Source: Lepidodermella squamata
Lineage: Eukaryota; Animalia; Gastrotricha
NCBI GenBank assembly: GCA_047495785.1
Contig: JBLDXI010000019.1
Span: 3,410,001-3,474,000 of the forward strand
Reading direction: 5' to 3'
Length of the DNA stretch: 64,000 bases
Under the pieces are notes generated by a model. The model had not been told where the DNA came from and did no database searches. It was given only the letters and a program-made list of their open reading frames with translations. Positions 50,616-59,696 of this stretch are shown here, piece by piece. Position numbers and translations under genes: made by a program. How positions within the stretch are numbered: position 1 is the first letter of the stretch; the number at the start of each line of letters is the position of its first letter.

Positions 50616-51262
50616 CAGGGGTTCTCAAACTTTTTCGCGGCGGTGCCCCCATTTGGGGCACGCGACCAAGGCCGCGTGCCCCACTATTAAATCCATCTAA
50701 AAACGCAGATATATCTTTTTCCTCATTGTGGAAAAACATGTAATCGGCTTCCCACTTTGGATTGAAGTGATAGATCTTCTTCTTTGGGGCTTACTTAGAT
50801 TTTTTCGTGACAGGAGTTCCAACTTCAGACTCGGAAGCAGAATCATCGCCGTCATCTTCCGAGTCATCTTGACCAGAACCCGGTGCGACTGGTTTAAAAT
50901 AGAGCGTAATGTTGACTGAGGCGTAGCCAGGATTCATTTTTGGGGGTGATAATTTTTTTACCTGTGGCTTCGAAATTTTCCGGGTCGAAAAAACACTTAT
51001 TAAGCCCATTTGCGAGCGAAGCGAGCTTTAGCTGACGCTTTTTCGGGCATTTTTTAGCTGAAAATAGCCTCAGAATGCGTTAAAAGTTGCACGGTTAACA
51101 GAAAATTTGTTACTGGAGACCACTTTCAGGATTTCTTTGGTGGGTGTTTAAGAAAACTGGAAACGGACAAAAATGGGCCGGCGTGCCCCAAGTCGCACGC
51201 ATTCCCCGTCGGCCCTTCAAAATGCCCCAAGTCGCACGCGTGCCCCAGTTTGAGAACCCCTG
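50616..51262. mobile_element. Non-autonomous hAT (Charlie/Buster-like) element, 647 bp, 8-bp TSD GGTTAGAC
   Basis: TIR CAGGGGTTCTCAAACT pairs with AGTTTGAGAACCCCTG. Perfect TSD at 50608-50615 and 51263-51270; subterminal GTGCCCC repeats. Confidence 0.93.
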
Positions 51263-51801
51263 GGTTAGACTATCTTAGTTTCATCTATGGAATAGCTATT
51301 TCTGGCGAGTCTGGCTTATTGGAAGAATCTATCTATTTAGATTGAAGCATTTGTCATATTGTTGCATGAATTCGCCCCCGCATTCACTTTTCATATTTTA
51401 AACTGTGTTTTTTCCAATTTTGTTTTTATAAATTACATACTCGATACTTAATCAGATAGAAAGTTGACGAAAAACAACTTGAAGAGTGGCGGAATCCAAC
51501 CAAAGGATGGATTGTGACTGCGCACATAGATGTCGACGAATTATTCTATAGTTCTTGCATGTGACCGTACATCAGGTGCAATACTTGGATTCGAGTGATC
51601 TGTCACCAACTCGACAATTTCCATTCCAATGTCAACTGATGTATCACGCATTTGTAAGGTGGTAATGTTTCCACGTTAACCCAGCCGCCCAATTTGAAGG
51701 TGCTAGAACAATTACATACGTATCAATATAATTGTCGCTCTACGTGATGACGCAAATGAGCCCTTTTAGCAGCGTGCCGTTGTTACCTCGTGCCAGTAAG
51801 A

Positions 51802-52755
51802 ATGTTTTTCAAACTCGCGATATTTTTGGGGTTTAACCTTGCTCAATCAACATTAGCCACCACATTAAGTAAACGAAATCCCATTCATTTAGTTGTCCTG
51901 ATTTCCTCAGCCGACGTCGATCCTAACAATGCCAAAGTTTCACTATTATACAGCCCATCGCCGGATATTTTCTCGAGAGTTTCAACAAATCTATCTCTAT
52001 TCGAATCAAGCCATAAATTCGAGCTGAAATTCACGTTACCGAAGCTAAAGCGCCAATCAAATAATTCCTTTTCAGTGGTATGCAGCACCCTCCGTAATGC
52101 TACAGCAATATCGCCAATGGACCTTTTCAGAAGATCTGATCCAGTGGTTCAGACATCGAACGACGACAAAATTGGAGACGCAGAGGATGATTTACATTCC
52201 GTTCTATATGAAAGAATGGTTCTTAACGATATGGGGTCTCAAGCAGATCGATTTCTTGTGACGCAACGAGATTTGGCAACGAGCCAAGTTTCTTCGCTCG
52301 ATGCTGGGATCGTTGTTCAGGAGACATTTGGAACCCTGGCGGTTGAAAGATTTCTTGAATCTCATCACGCGGCGAAAGTTCTCTCCAGTTGTCACGGAAC
52401 CTTACAATCGGCGTTAATAGCTCAATCAAATTCAACAATTACTGATGAAGTTGAACTCAAAGTATGGCACATAGTCGTGCCAATTGTGGTTATAGCCCTC
52501 GCCGCAGCCATTGCGATAAACATCTGGCAGAAGTGTTGTAAATCTCAACAGCCTCAAACCCTGAACAACGAAGAAAACCAATCTTCGAACGTGGAGCTGG
52601 TCACTAGAGTCGCGCATGCCGTCCGGCTGGATACTATAGCCGAGAATGAAGAGGAACATGGCCAGAGCGATGCAACTGTGGTGAGACTAGAGCGACCCGG
52701 TGAAAAACTGCCGACTTACGATGAGGTGATAAAGCATTGGACACGGTATGGCTAG
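51802..52755 (+). CDS. Intronless orphan type I membrane protein F (LPxY-tail family)
   Basis: Signal peptide, ~200 aa ectodomain, TM (WHIVVPIVVIALAAAIAINIW), tail EKLPTYDEVI; paralog of 53259-54203. Confidence 0.8.
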   Translation: MFFKLAIFLGFNLAQSTLATTLSKRNPIHLVVLISSADVDPNNAKVSLLYSPSPDIFSRVSTNLSLFESSHKFELKFTLPKLKRQSNNSFSVVCSTLRNATAISPMDLFRRSDPVVQTSNDDKIGDAEDDLHSVLYERMVLNDMGSQADRFLVTQRDLATSQVSSLDAGIVVQETFGTLAVERFLESHHAAKVLSSCHGTLQSALIAQSNSTITDEVELKVWHIVVPIVVIALAAAIAINIWQKCCKSQQPQTLNNEENQSSNVELVTRVAHAVRLDTIAENEEEHGQSDATVVRLERPGEKLPTYDEVIKHWTRYG

Positions 52756-53258
52756 TAAGCTGTGGTGATAGGAAATTTTGAACTAAACGTAGTCGTTTGC
52801 TCCGGTTTTACTAGCAATTTTTTCAATAAAATGAACACGATTTCAAGTTTTTGTTTTTCTGCAATGACTGCATTCTGCTGGGAATACTGGCTTTCGGATT
52901 GCCGTAGTCCATGACTACAGCGGCATTCCAAGCTAAGCTGAGTGAGTTCATTCGATCCATACTTCAGCGAGTTTCAAAGCTGTTTTCAAGGCATTATTGA
53001 TAGAAATAACCGCAATTGCGGTTTCCAGACTTCATTCGCATTGTAGGTTATCATGCGTATTCTATACAATAACATAATGACTAAGCGTAAACTTCAACCA
53101 TGCTTTATACCAAAATACTACGGAGTTGTGCGCTGTTTAAGATTACCATCAGTGCATTCAAGCCGTGAAAATATATAAAGCCTTCTCTCGTTGTATGCTT
53201 ATGCACTGACCATTTATGTTTATTCATACATTTCAAAGAAACCCATGTGAAAATTAAA

Positions 53259-54203
53259 ATGAGACTAGTTATATTCGTTTTCTCGCTGATATCGGTTGCG
53301 CGCAACACTTCAGCAACGACTAACAACAAGCAAAATCCGATTCAACTCGTTGCTCTCATTTCAACCTCTCAGACAGATGCGAAGGATGCTCAATTTTCGC
53401 TACTCTACAGCCTATCGCCAGATCTCTACGTTAGAATCGCCTCAAACCTGTCGCTAACCTCAAACTCGCCAGATTTCGGTTTACAACGCCGCTACTTGCT
53501 CACGATGACCTTATCAAAACTGCAGCGCCATTCAAACAACTCGTTTCAAGTTCAATGCCGAGATAGGCTCAATCTGCCAAGCGACTCGACTTACTCGCCC
53601 TTTACTGCTCTTTCCAATGTTGAAGAGCCAACAGCTAGCCAAGTAAGTAATCGACAAATCGGAGATGCCGAGGACGATTTGCACTCAATTTTCTATGAAC
53701 GAATGGTATCGGACGATAACGGTGCGCAAATGGACCGGTTTGACTTTGTCCAGCTTGATATGACTACGAAAGAGAACCACGTTATCGACGGCGGAATCGT
53801 TGTCAGGGAAACTTTCGGAGCTCTAGCAGTTGAGCGTTTTCTTGAATCCCATCACAACAGCAAGAGAAAGATTTTATTCAGCTGCCACGGTGCCTTGGAG
53901 CCACTTAGCTTGCCACGGCCAAAAGAATCTCTGTCCCTCGATCAGGAGAGGGAGCTTGAAGTTTGGCATTACGTCACGCCTATTGTTATCGTGGGCTTGG
54001 TCGTTGCTTTAGGATGCAACATCTGGTTGAGGATTCGAACGCGGACGAATGAAGTTTCTACAATTGAGCCGCAATCTGGTGGAATGGAAATGATCGTCAC
54101 TGGCTCTCAGCCTCGGTCGTCGGTTGTAGCGATTCCTGAGGATAAGCTGCCATCTTACGAGGAGGTTATCGCCAATTGGAAGCGGAACACATACCAAACG
54201 TAA
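53259..54203 (+). CDS. Intronless orphan type I membrane protein G (LPxY-tail family)
   Basis: Shares IGDAEDDLHS..YERMV and ETFG.LAVERFLESHH with F; TM WHYVTPIVIVGLVVALGCNIW; tail DKLPSYEEVI. Confidence 0.8.
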   Translation: MRLVIFVFSLISVARNTSATTNNKQNPIQLVALISTSQTDAKDAQFSLLYSLSPDLYVRIASNLSLTSNSPDFGLQRRYLLTMTLSKLQRHSNNSFQVQCRDRLNLPSDSTYSPFTALSNVEEPTASQVSNRQIGDAEDDLHSIFYERMVSDDNGAQMDRFDFVQLDMTTKENHVIDGGIVVRETFGALAVERFLESHHNSKRKILFSCHGALEPLSLPRPKESLSLDQERELEVWHYVTPIVIVGLVVALGCNIWLRIRTRTNEVSTIEPQSGGMEMIVTGSQPRSSVVAIPEDKLPSYEEVIANWKRNTYQT

Positions 54204-54347
54204 CAACATTCGATCCAGGAAGTGATATCGACAAAATTCAAAATTTAATCACGAAATAAATTAAATTTCTGTAACAGACTGTGGAAGGATGAGCAAAAAA
54301 TTAGAACCGGGAATAATAAATTGAAAGGCAATCGCTTTATTTGGAAG

Positions 54348-55679
54348 TTATCGCCTGAGGGACGTTGTGTTAAGTTTTGCGGCTCGCATAGCAGCAACCA
54401 CTTCCGCGTATTCTGGCAACCGTCCATTAAGGTCAGTTATTGGCACAACAATTTCTGTTTGCGCAGGTGGTGCTTGCGTAACATCGTCGCGGAATAACTT
54501 CCGTCTTAGTATAATAATAAGGAAAGCAATAAGGATTGTAAAGCATAGAACTGTCGCAAGCACGATTGTGGCTTTCTTAAACGCATCGCCTTCTTTGTTT
54601 TTCTCGCTATAGTTCTCATCGGATTCAGTAGGATCTAGAGAAAGCTCAGGCGCCAACTGGCGTCCAGTAGTCATCACGTCTGTCGGTGACTTTGTATATA
54701 ACCAGGTTGACGAAGCGGTGGTGTACGACACGGTGGGTATCCGGGTTGACGAGGCGGTGGTGTACGACACGGTGGGTATCCGGGTTGACGAAGCGGTGGT
54801 GTACGACACGGTGGGTATCCGGGTTGACGAGGCGGTGGTGTACGACACGGTGGGTATCCGGGTTGAAGAGGCGGTGGTGTACGACACGGTGGGTATCCGG
54901 GTTGATGTCGAAGTCGTAGTAATTCTAGAAGGAATGTGCTGCCATATCCTTGTGGTAGTTGTGGTCGTAGTCGGGGTTGTAGTTGTGGCTGATGTTTGCC
55001 TTGAAGTTACAACAGATTTACCAGTGCTGATACGGGAAGTTGCGTTCGCGTTGACTGTCTGCCATTTCAAACCACCCCTCAATGTTACTGGACTAAGCTC
55101 TCCGTTGCAAATTGCATATAAATTGTTTGTTTCGCTTCGAAGGAAGTTAAACAAGAAGGCTGAACTCATTCGCAATTTCGCAACAACTGGCTTCTCGTAC
55201 CAAACGTAGTTCGAATCGCCTGGCTTCATAATGAAATCTCCAGATTTCTCATCAAGGTCCATAGCAGCGTCGTAAAAGTAGGAGTATAATGAATCGTAAT
55301 CAGCTGCAGAAGAAGTGGGGTTTGCTGATGTGTTACAATAGCCCAGGACTGAGAAGAAACTGATTTCAGGCCAGCCATTTCTCCGAACCAGAGAGCATCG
55401 CATCTGCAAAAAGTCCGGTCGATCGAGCATCGCCGACGATATTGAAAGTCGATAGTCAGCATTTCCAACTGATAAGGCCCGCTGCAGAGCTGAAACAATT
55501 TTATCATAAATTCGAGGATCATTCTGCGAGACAATGATGTCGAAATCAGTGACGGCTGTTGCTTGAATAGAAGTTCCTTTTTGCGTAAAAGTTGCAACAA
55601 AGTGGAGTGGTTGCAGGGTCCACGCGTTTGCCAATACGTAAAAGGAGGAAGCAATCGCTATCGTGAGGCTAAACATCAT
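54348..55679 (-). CDS. Intronless type I membrane protein H with mucin-like repeat stalk (LPxY-tail family)
   Basis: Signal peptide, ectodomain, Thr/Ser stalk, TM ATIVLATVLCFTILIAFLIIIL, tail GRLPEYAEVV. Confidence 0.85.
   Translation of the reverse strand: MMFSLTIAIASSFYVLANAWTLQPLHFVATFTQKGTSIQATAVTDFDIIVSQNDPRIYDKIVSALQRALSVGNADYRLSISSAMLDRPDFLQMRCSLVRRNGWPEISFFSVLGYCNTSANPTSSAADYDSLYSYFYDAAMDLDEKSGDFIMKPGDSNYVWYEKPVVAKLRMSSAFLFNFLRSETNNLYAICNGELSPVTLRGGLKWQTVNANATSRISTGKSVVTSRQTSATTTTPTTTTTTTRIWQHIPSRITTTSTSTRIPTVSYTTASSTRIPTVSYTTASSTRIPTVSYTTASSTRIPTVSYTTASSTRIPTVSYTTASSTWLYTKSPTDVMTTGRQLAPELSLDPTESDENYSEKNKEGDAFKKATIVLATVLCFTILIAFLIIILRRKLFRDDVTQAPPAQTEIVVPITDLNGRLPEYAEVVAAMRAAKLNTTSLRR
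54705..54905. repeat. Coding minisatellite, 5 x 39 bp (TRIPTVSYTTASS)
   Basis: Near-perfect units GGTTGACGA(A/G)GCGGTGGTGTACGACACGGTGGGTATCCG. Confidence 0.95.
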
Positions 55680-56071
55680 CCACTTTCATTGAGGGAAATT
55701 AACGTAGAACAGAGAAGTTATCACTGCAATTGTAAGTAGTTTTCTTAACATGTTTATTTGTGTCGGCAAAGATCATGCGAAACACCTACACCCCAGTTGA
55801 CATTATAAAGCAATTTACAAAGTTTTTATTCATCAGCCGTGTTGTTACCAGAAATAAGCCTAATGTCGTTTGATAGCAAACATCACAACCGTACCGCTTA
55901 CCATGAATTTATTAAAGCTGCAGCAATTCCAACATCTGCTCATCTTATGATCTCTGATGACTACTTAGCTCTGTAAAATACCTCTCACCGGCTTTGTTTC
56001 CAGCCCCTAGTGAGTTGAGTATCTCTAATTTAAGCTTCATTTCCAAGCCATCAAAACTCAAAATGATCACT

Positions 56072-56400
56072 TTTAAAGAAGTTGACGAAGTTGAACTTGA
56101 AGTATAGCACAATGTCGTGCCGATTGTTGTTATAGCCCTTGCAGCAGCCATTATAGCGATTAACATCTGACAGGAGGGCTTCAAATCTCAACAGCCTCAA
56201 ACTTATTTGAACAACGAAGGAAACCAATCTTCGAATGTGGGGCTGGTCTCTAGAGTTGCACATGTCATCCGGTTGGATACCATAGCCGAGAATGAGGAGG
56301 AACATGGTCGAGGTGTGACAACTGTGGTTAGACTGAGAAGCCACTAAGAAGCTGCCGACTCACGATGAGGTCATAAGGCATTGGACACGTTATGGGTAGT
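56072..56400 (+). pseudogene. 5'-truncated pseudogene copy of F
   Basis: Aligns to 52440-52755, with TGG>TAG and TGG>TGA nonsense changes and a frameshift near the tail. Confidence 0.85.
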
Positions 56401-57100
56401 GAGCTGTGGTGAAGGGAAACTTTTATTTCGATGTAACCATTTGCTCCGATTTTACTTGCGGATTTTCGTCAATAAAATGTTGTCGATTACATGGGCTATG
56501 TCTTCTACTTTTCAAGACTGTATTCCATCGGGAGCAATGGCCTTCGGATGCTCAATTCCGGACCCCCTCAGTGTCGTACAGGCCTCAACATTAATCAGAG
56601 GGTAAAAATGGATTTGTGCGCGAACGCCAAGTCGAAAGTTTGAAAAATTTCAGGGCCCATGGCGCTCATGTCAAAACCGTAGTTTTGACTATTTGGGCGT
56701 CTTTTATTCATTTATAAATTTTGGAAGGGGGTTCTCGCGTGATGTAACATGTAACTAATGGCTTCAGTTGAGTGAGTTCATTCGATCTATATATCTACGA
56801 GTTGCAGAGCAGTTTTCAAGGTATTTTTGGAAGAAATAACCGCAATCACGTTGTCTAAAGCTTAAGACTTCATTCATATTACAGCATGGGGCATAAATAT
56901 TGAGCCGACTTCAATTATTCATAGGTCAGTCATTTCGCCTCCGATTCTCTCATATTATATACCGATGCCGCCATCCATCATTTGCATTCATCTTTAAAGA
57001 TGCATCTCATCTCGGAAATCGCGCCAAAAACACTACTTTTTGCGATCTTTAGAACTTCAACTAATAAATTTTATATTTTGAAATGTTAACTATTAAACGA

Positions 57101-57583
57101 ATGAAGCCTCGTCATTCTAATTTTCACGCTGCAAATTATTCGGAATATTCATGACCTGAAAAGCGAAACCGTCTTTTGGTCAACCGGCGTGCTCTGATTG
57201 CGGCTTCCTATCTACGTCACATGACTAATCTGAGATACAGATGACGATTTGCACTCAATTTTCTGTGAACGAATTTTTTCGGACTATAACGGTGCGCAAA
57301 TGGACGGGATGTTTCGCCCAGCTTGATATGGCTACGAAAGAGAACCACGTTATCGATGGTGGAATTGTTGCTCAGGAGCTTCGGAGCTCTAGCAGTTGAA
57401 CTTTTCCTTGAATCACATCACAACAGCAAGGTGAGGATTCTATTCAGCTGCCACTTGGCCTTGGAGCTTGTTACTGGCACTAAACCTCGACTGCCAGTTT
57501 TAGCAATTCCTGAAGATAAGCCGCCATCTTACGGGCAGGTTATGGTTATGACCAATTGGAAGCGGAACACATCTCAAACGTAA
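57101..57583 (+). pseudogene. Deleted/frameshifted pseudogene copy of G
   Basis: Start remnant at ~57101. GATTTGCACTCAATTTTC, FGALAVE.FLESHHNSK and IPEDK.PSY..V..NWKRNT align to G; the TM is deleted. Confidence 0.85.
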
Positions 57584-57792
57584 CAGCATTCGGTCGTTAA
57601 AATCGTAGCATCAACATTTTACTATGAAATGTATTAACAATAAATAAGAATTGAGCAGCTCTGATTATTTGACCAACTTTTTAAGCACGCTAACTTCTAT
57701 TAAAGTGACTTGCGCCAATGAAAAATATTAGCTAAAATATGAGAAACTAGGAATTAGAAATGAAGATGTAATAGTTTTATTTAATATTTAAG

Positions 57793-59040
57793 TTATCGTC
57801 TGTGAACGAATGCTTTCAGTTTTTCAGCTCGCATAGCAGCTACCACATCCGCGTATTCTGGCAACCGTCCATCCAGCTCAGTTAATGGCACAGCGATTTC
57901 TATTTGCGCAGCTGCTGGTTCTTCCGCAACAGAGCCGAATAATGATTCATCAGTTTTCTTTACTTTCAGTTTAAATAAAATACTAAGGCAAACAATGCAA
58001 ATGATTGCTATGCCTAGAACTGCCGAGAGCACGATCGTGGCTATCTTATACATCGAGCATTCGTTGCTTTCTTTGCAGGAGGTGACTGATTTTTCGGGAT
58101 TCGGAGACTGTCGTCCGGTAGTCATTAGAACTGTTGTTGTATTTGCTGACACCCGAGGTGACGAGGCGGTGCTGTTCGACACGGTGGACATCTGTGATGT
58201 TGTAGCAGGAGTAGTTGTAGTAGTAGTAGTTGTTGTTGTAGAAGAAGTAGTAGTGGTAGTAGCAGTGGTAGTAGCTGTAGTTGTGGTAGTAGTAGTAGTG
58301 TCAGTAGTGGTAGCAGCAGGAGTAATAGTAGAGATAATAGTAGGATATCGCGGCGATGTCCTAGGGGTTGTAGTTGACGACTTAGCAGTGGTGATACGAG
58401 AAGTTGCGGTCGAGCTTAAAGTCTGCCATTTCAAACCAGCCTTGGGCGTTACTGGACTAAGCTCTCCGTTGCAGATGGCATACAAGTTGTTTGTTTCGCT
58501 TCGAAGGAAGTTAAACAAGAAGGCTGAACTCATTCGCAATTTCGCAACAACTGGCTTCTCGTACCAAACGTAGTTCGAATCGCCTGGCTTCATAATGAAA
58601 TCTCCAGATATTTCAGAAAGGTCCATAGCAGCGTCGTAGAAGTAGGAGTATAATGAATCGTAATCAGCTGCGGAAGAAGTGGGATTTGCTGATGTGTTAC
58701 AATAGCCTAGGACTGAGAAGAAACTGATTTCAGGCCAGTCATCTCTCCGAGCCAGTGAGCATCGCATTTGCAAAATGTCCGGTCGATCAACCAACGCCGA
58801 CGATATTGAAAGTCGATGGTCAGCATTTCCAACTGATAAGGCCCGCGGCAGAGCTGAAACAATTTTATCATAAATTCGAGGATCATTCTGCGAGACAATG
58901 ACGTCGAAATCAGTGACGGCTGTTGCTTGAATAGAAGTTCCTTTTTGCGTAAAAGTTGCAACAAAGTGGAGTGGTTGCAGGGTCCACGCGTTTGCCAATA
59001 CGTAAAAGGAGGAAGCAATCGCTAACTTGAGGTTGAACAT
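57793..59040 (-). CDS. Intronless type I membrane protein H', paralog of H, with poly-Thr stalk
   Basis: Ectodomain is nearly identical to H; Thr-rich trinucleotide stalk at ~58200-58330; TM; tail GRLPEYADVV. Confidence 0.85.
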   Translation of the reverse strand: MFNLKLAIASSFYVLANAWTLQPLHFVATFTQKGTSIQATAVTDFDVIVSQNDPRIYDKIVSALPRALSVGNADHRLSISSALVDRPDILQMRCSLARRDDWPEISFFSVLGYCNTSANPTSSAADYDSLYSYFYDAAMDLSEISGDFIMKPGDSNYVWYEKPVVAKLRMSSAFLFNFLRSETNNLYAICNGELSPVTPKAGLKWQTLSSTATSRITTAKSSTTTPRTSPRYPTIISTITPAATTTDTTTTTTTTATTTATTTTTSSTTTTTTTTTTPATTSQMSTVSNSTASSPRVSANTTTVLMTTGRQSPNPEKSVTSCKESNECSMYKIATIVLSAVLGIAIICIVCLSILFKLKVKKTDESLFGSVAEEPAAAQIEIAVPLTELDGRLPEYADVVAAMRAEKLKAFVHRR

Positions 59041-59696
59041 CCTTATTTCATTGAGAAATTGACATAGAACAGTATTCATCACTTTTTATATACTAGCAAA
59101 CGTAAGAGGTTTTTAAACGTCTTGAATGACTCCAACGAAGATCCTGCGATACGCCCTCACACGAGCTGCCATTGTAAAACAAGTTAAAACGTGTTCGTCA
59201 CCTAGTCGTCAAATGTTCGTCATCAGTTGAGTTGCCGCCAGAAATAAGTGAACATCACATTTGTAACTCTTTAGTAAGGTAGGTATATCATTCTAGTTCT
59301 AGTCATTTATGTATATGCTAGTGATCTATCTATGACCTAGGCATCCAGATAGGAACTGATAGCTCGCATTATCTTTTCTAGCCCCAGCGAATCGATTTAA
59401 GTGGATCCCAGTTTCACCTAACCCCTCAACAGGTTTCCAGTAAAAAAAAGGAATCGAAAATCGGAGATACGCATTAATTCACAAGACGTGTAATAAACCC
59501 GAAAGCATAGATTGTTTTGTGTTTTACTCATCGAACGAATTCGTTCCGTATTTTGCATCAAAGTAAGGATTGCTAGCGCTTCTTCGCTTTAAAAATAGTT
59601 GCATCATTAGATCTTCATAATATCGCTTATGAAAGTAACATATAAGGAATGCTAATTCTTTCTCGTTCGCCTGAAATACGGAGTCTTAATCGCCGA

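Noticed and set aside
52705-52730. LPxYxxV tails as ITIMs
   Set aside because: The Y-2 residue is Pro, not I/V/L/S; a PY-like or endocytic motif fits better.
54705-54905. Regular 39-bp repeats as a CRISPR array
   Set aside because: There are no unique spacers; it is an in-frame coding minisatellite in a eukaryotic gene.
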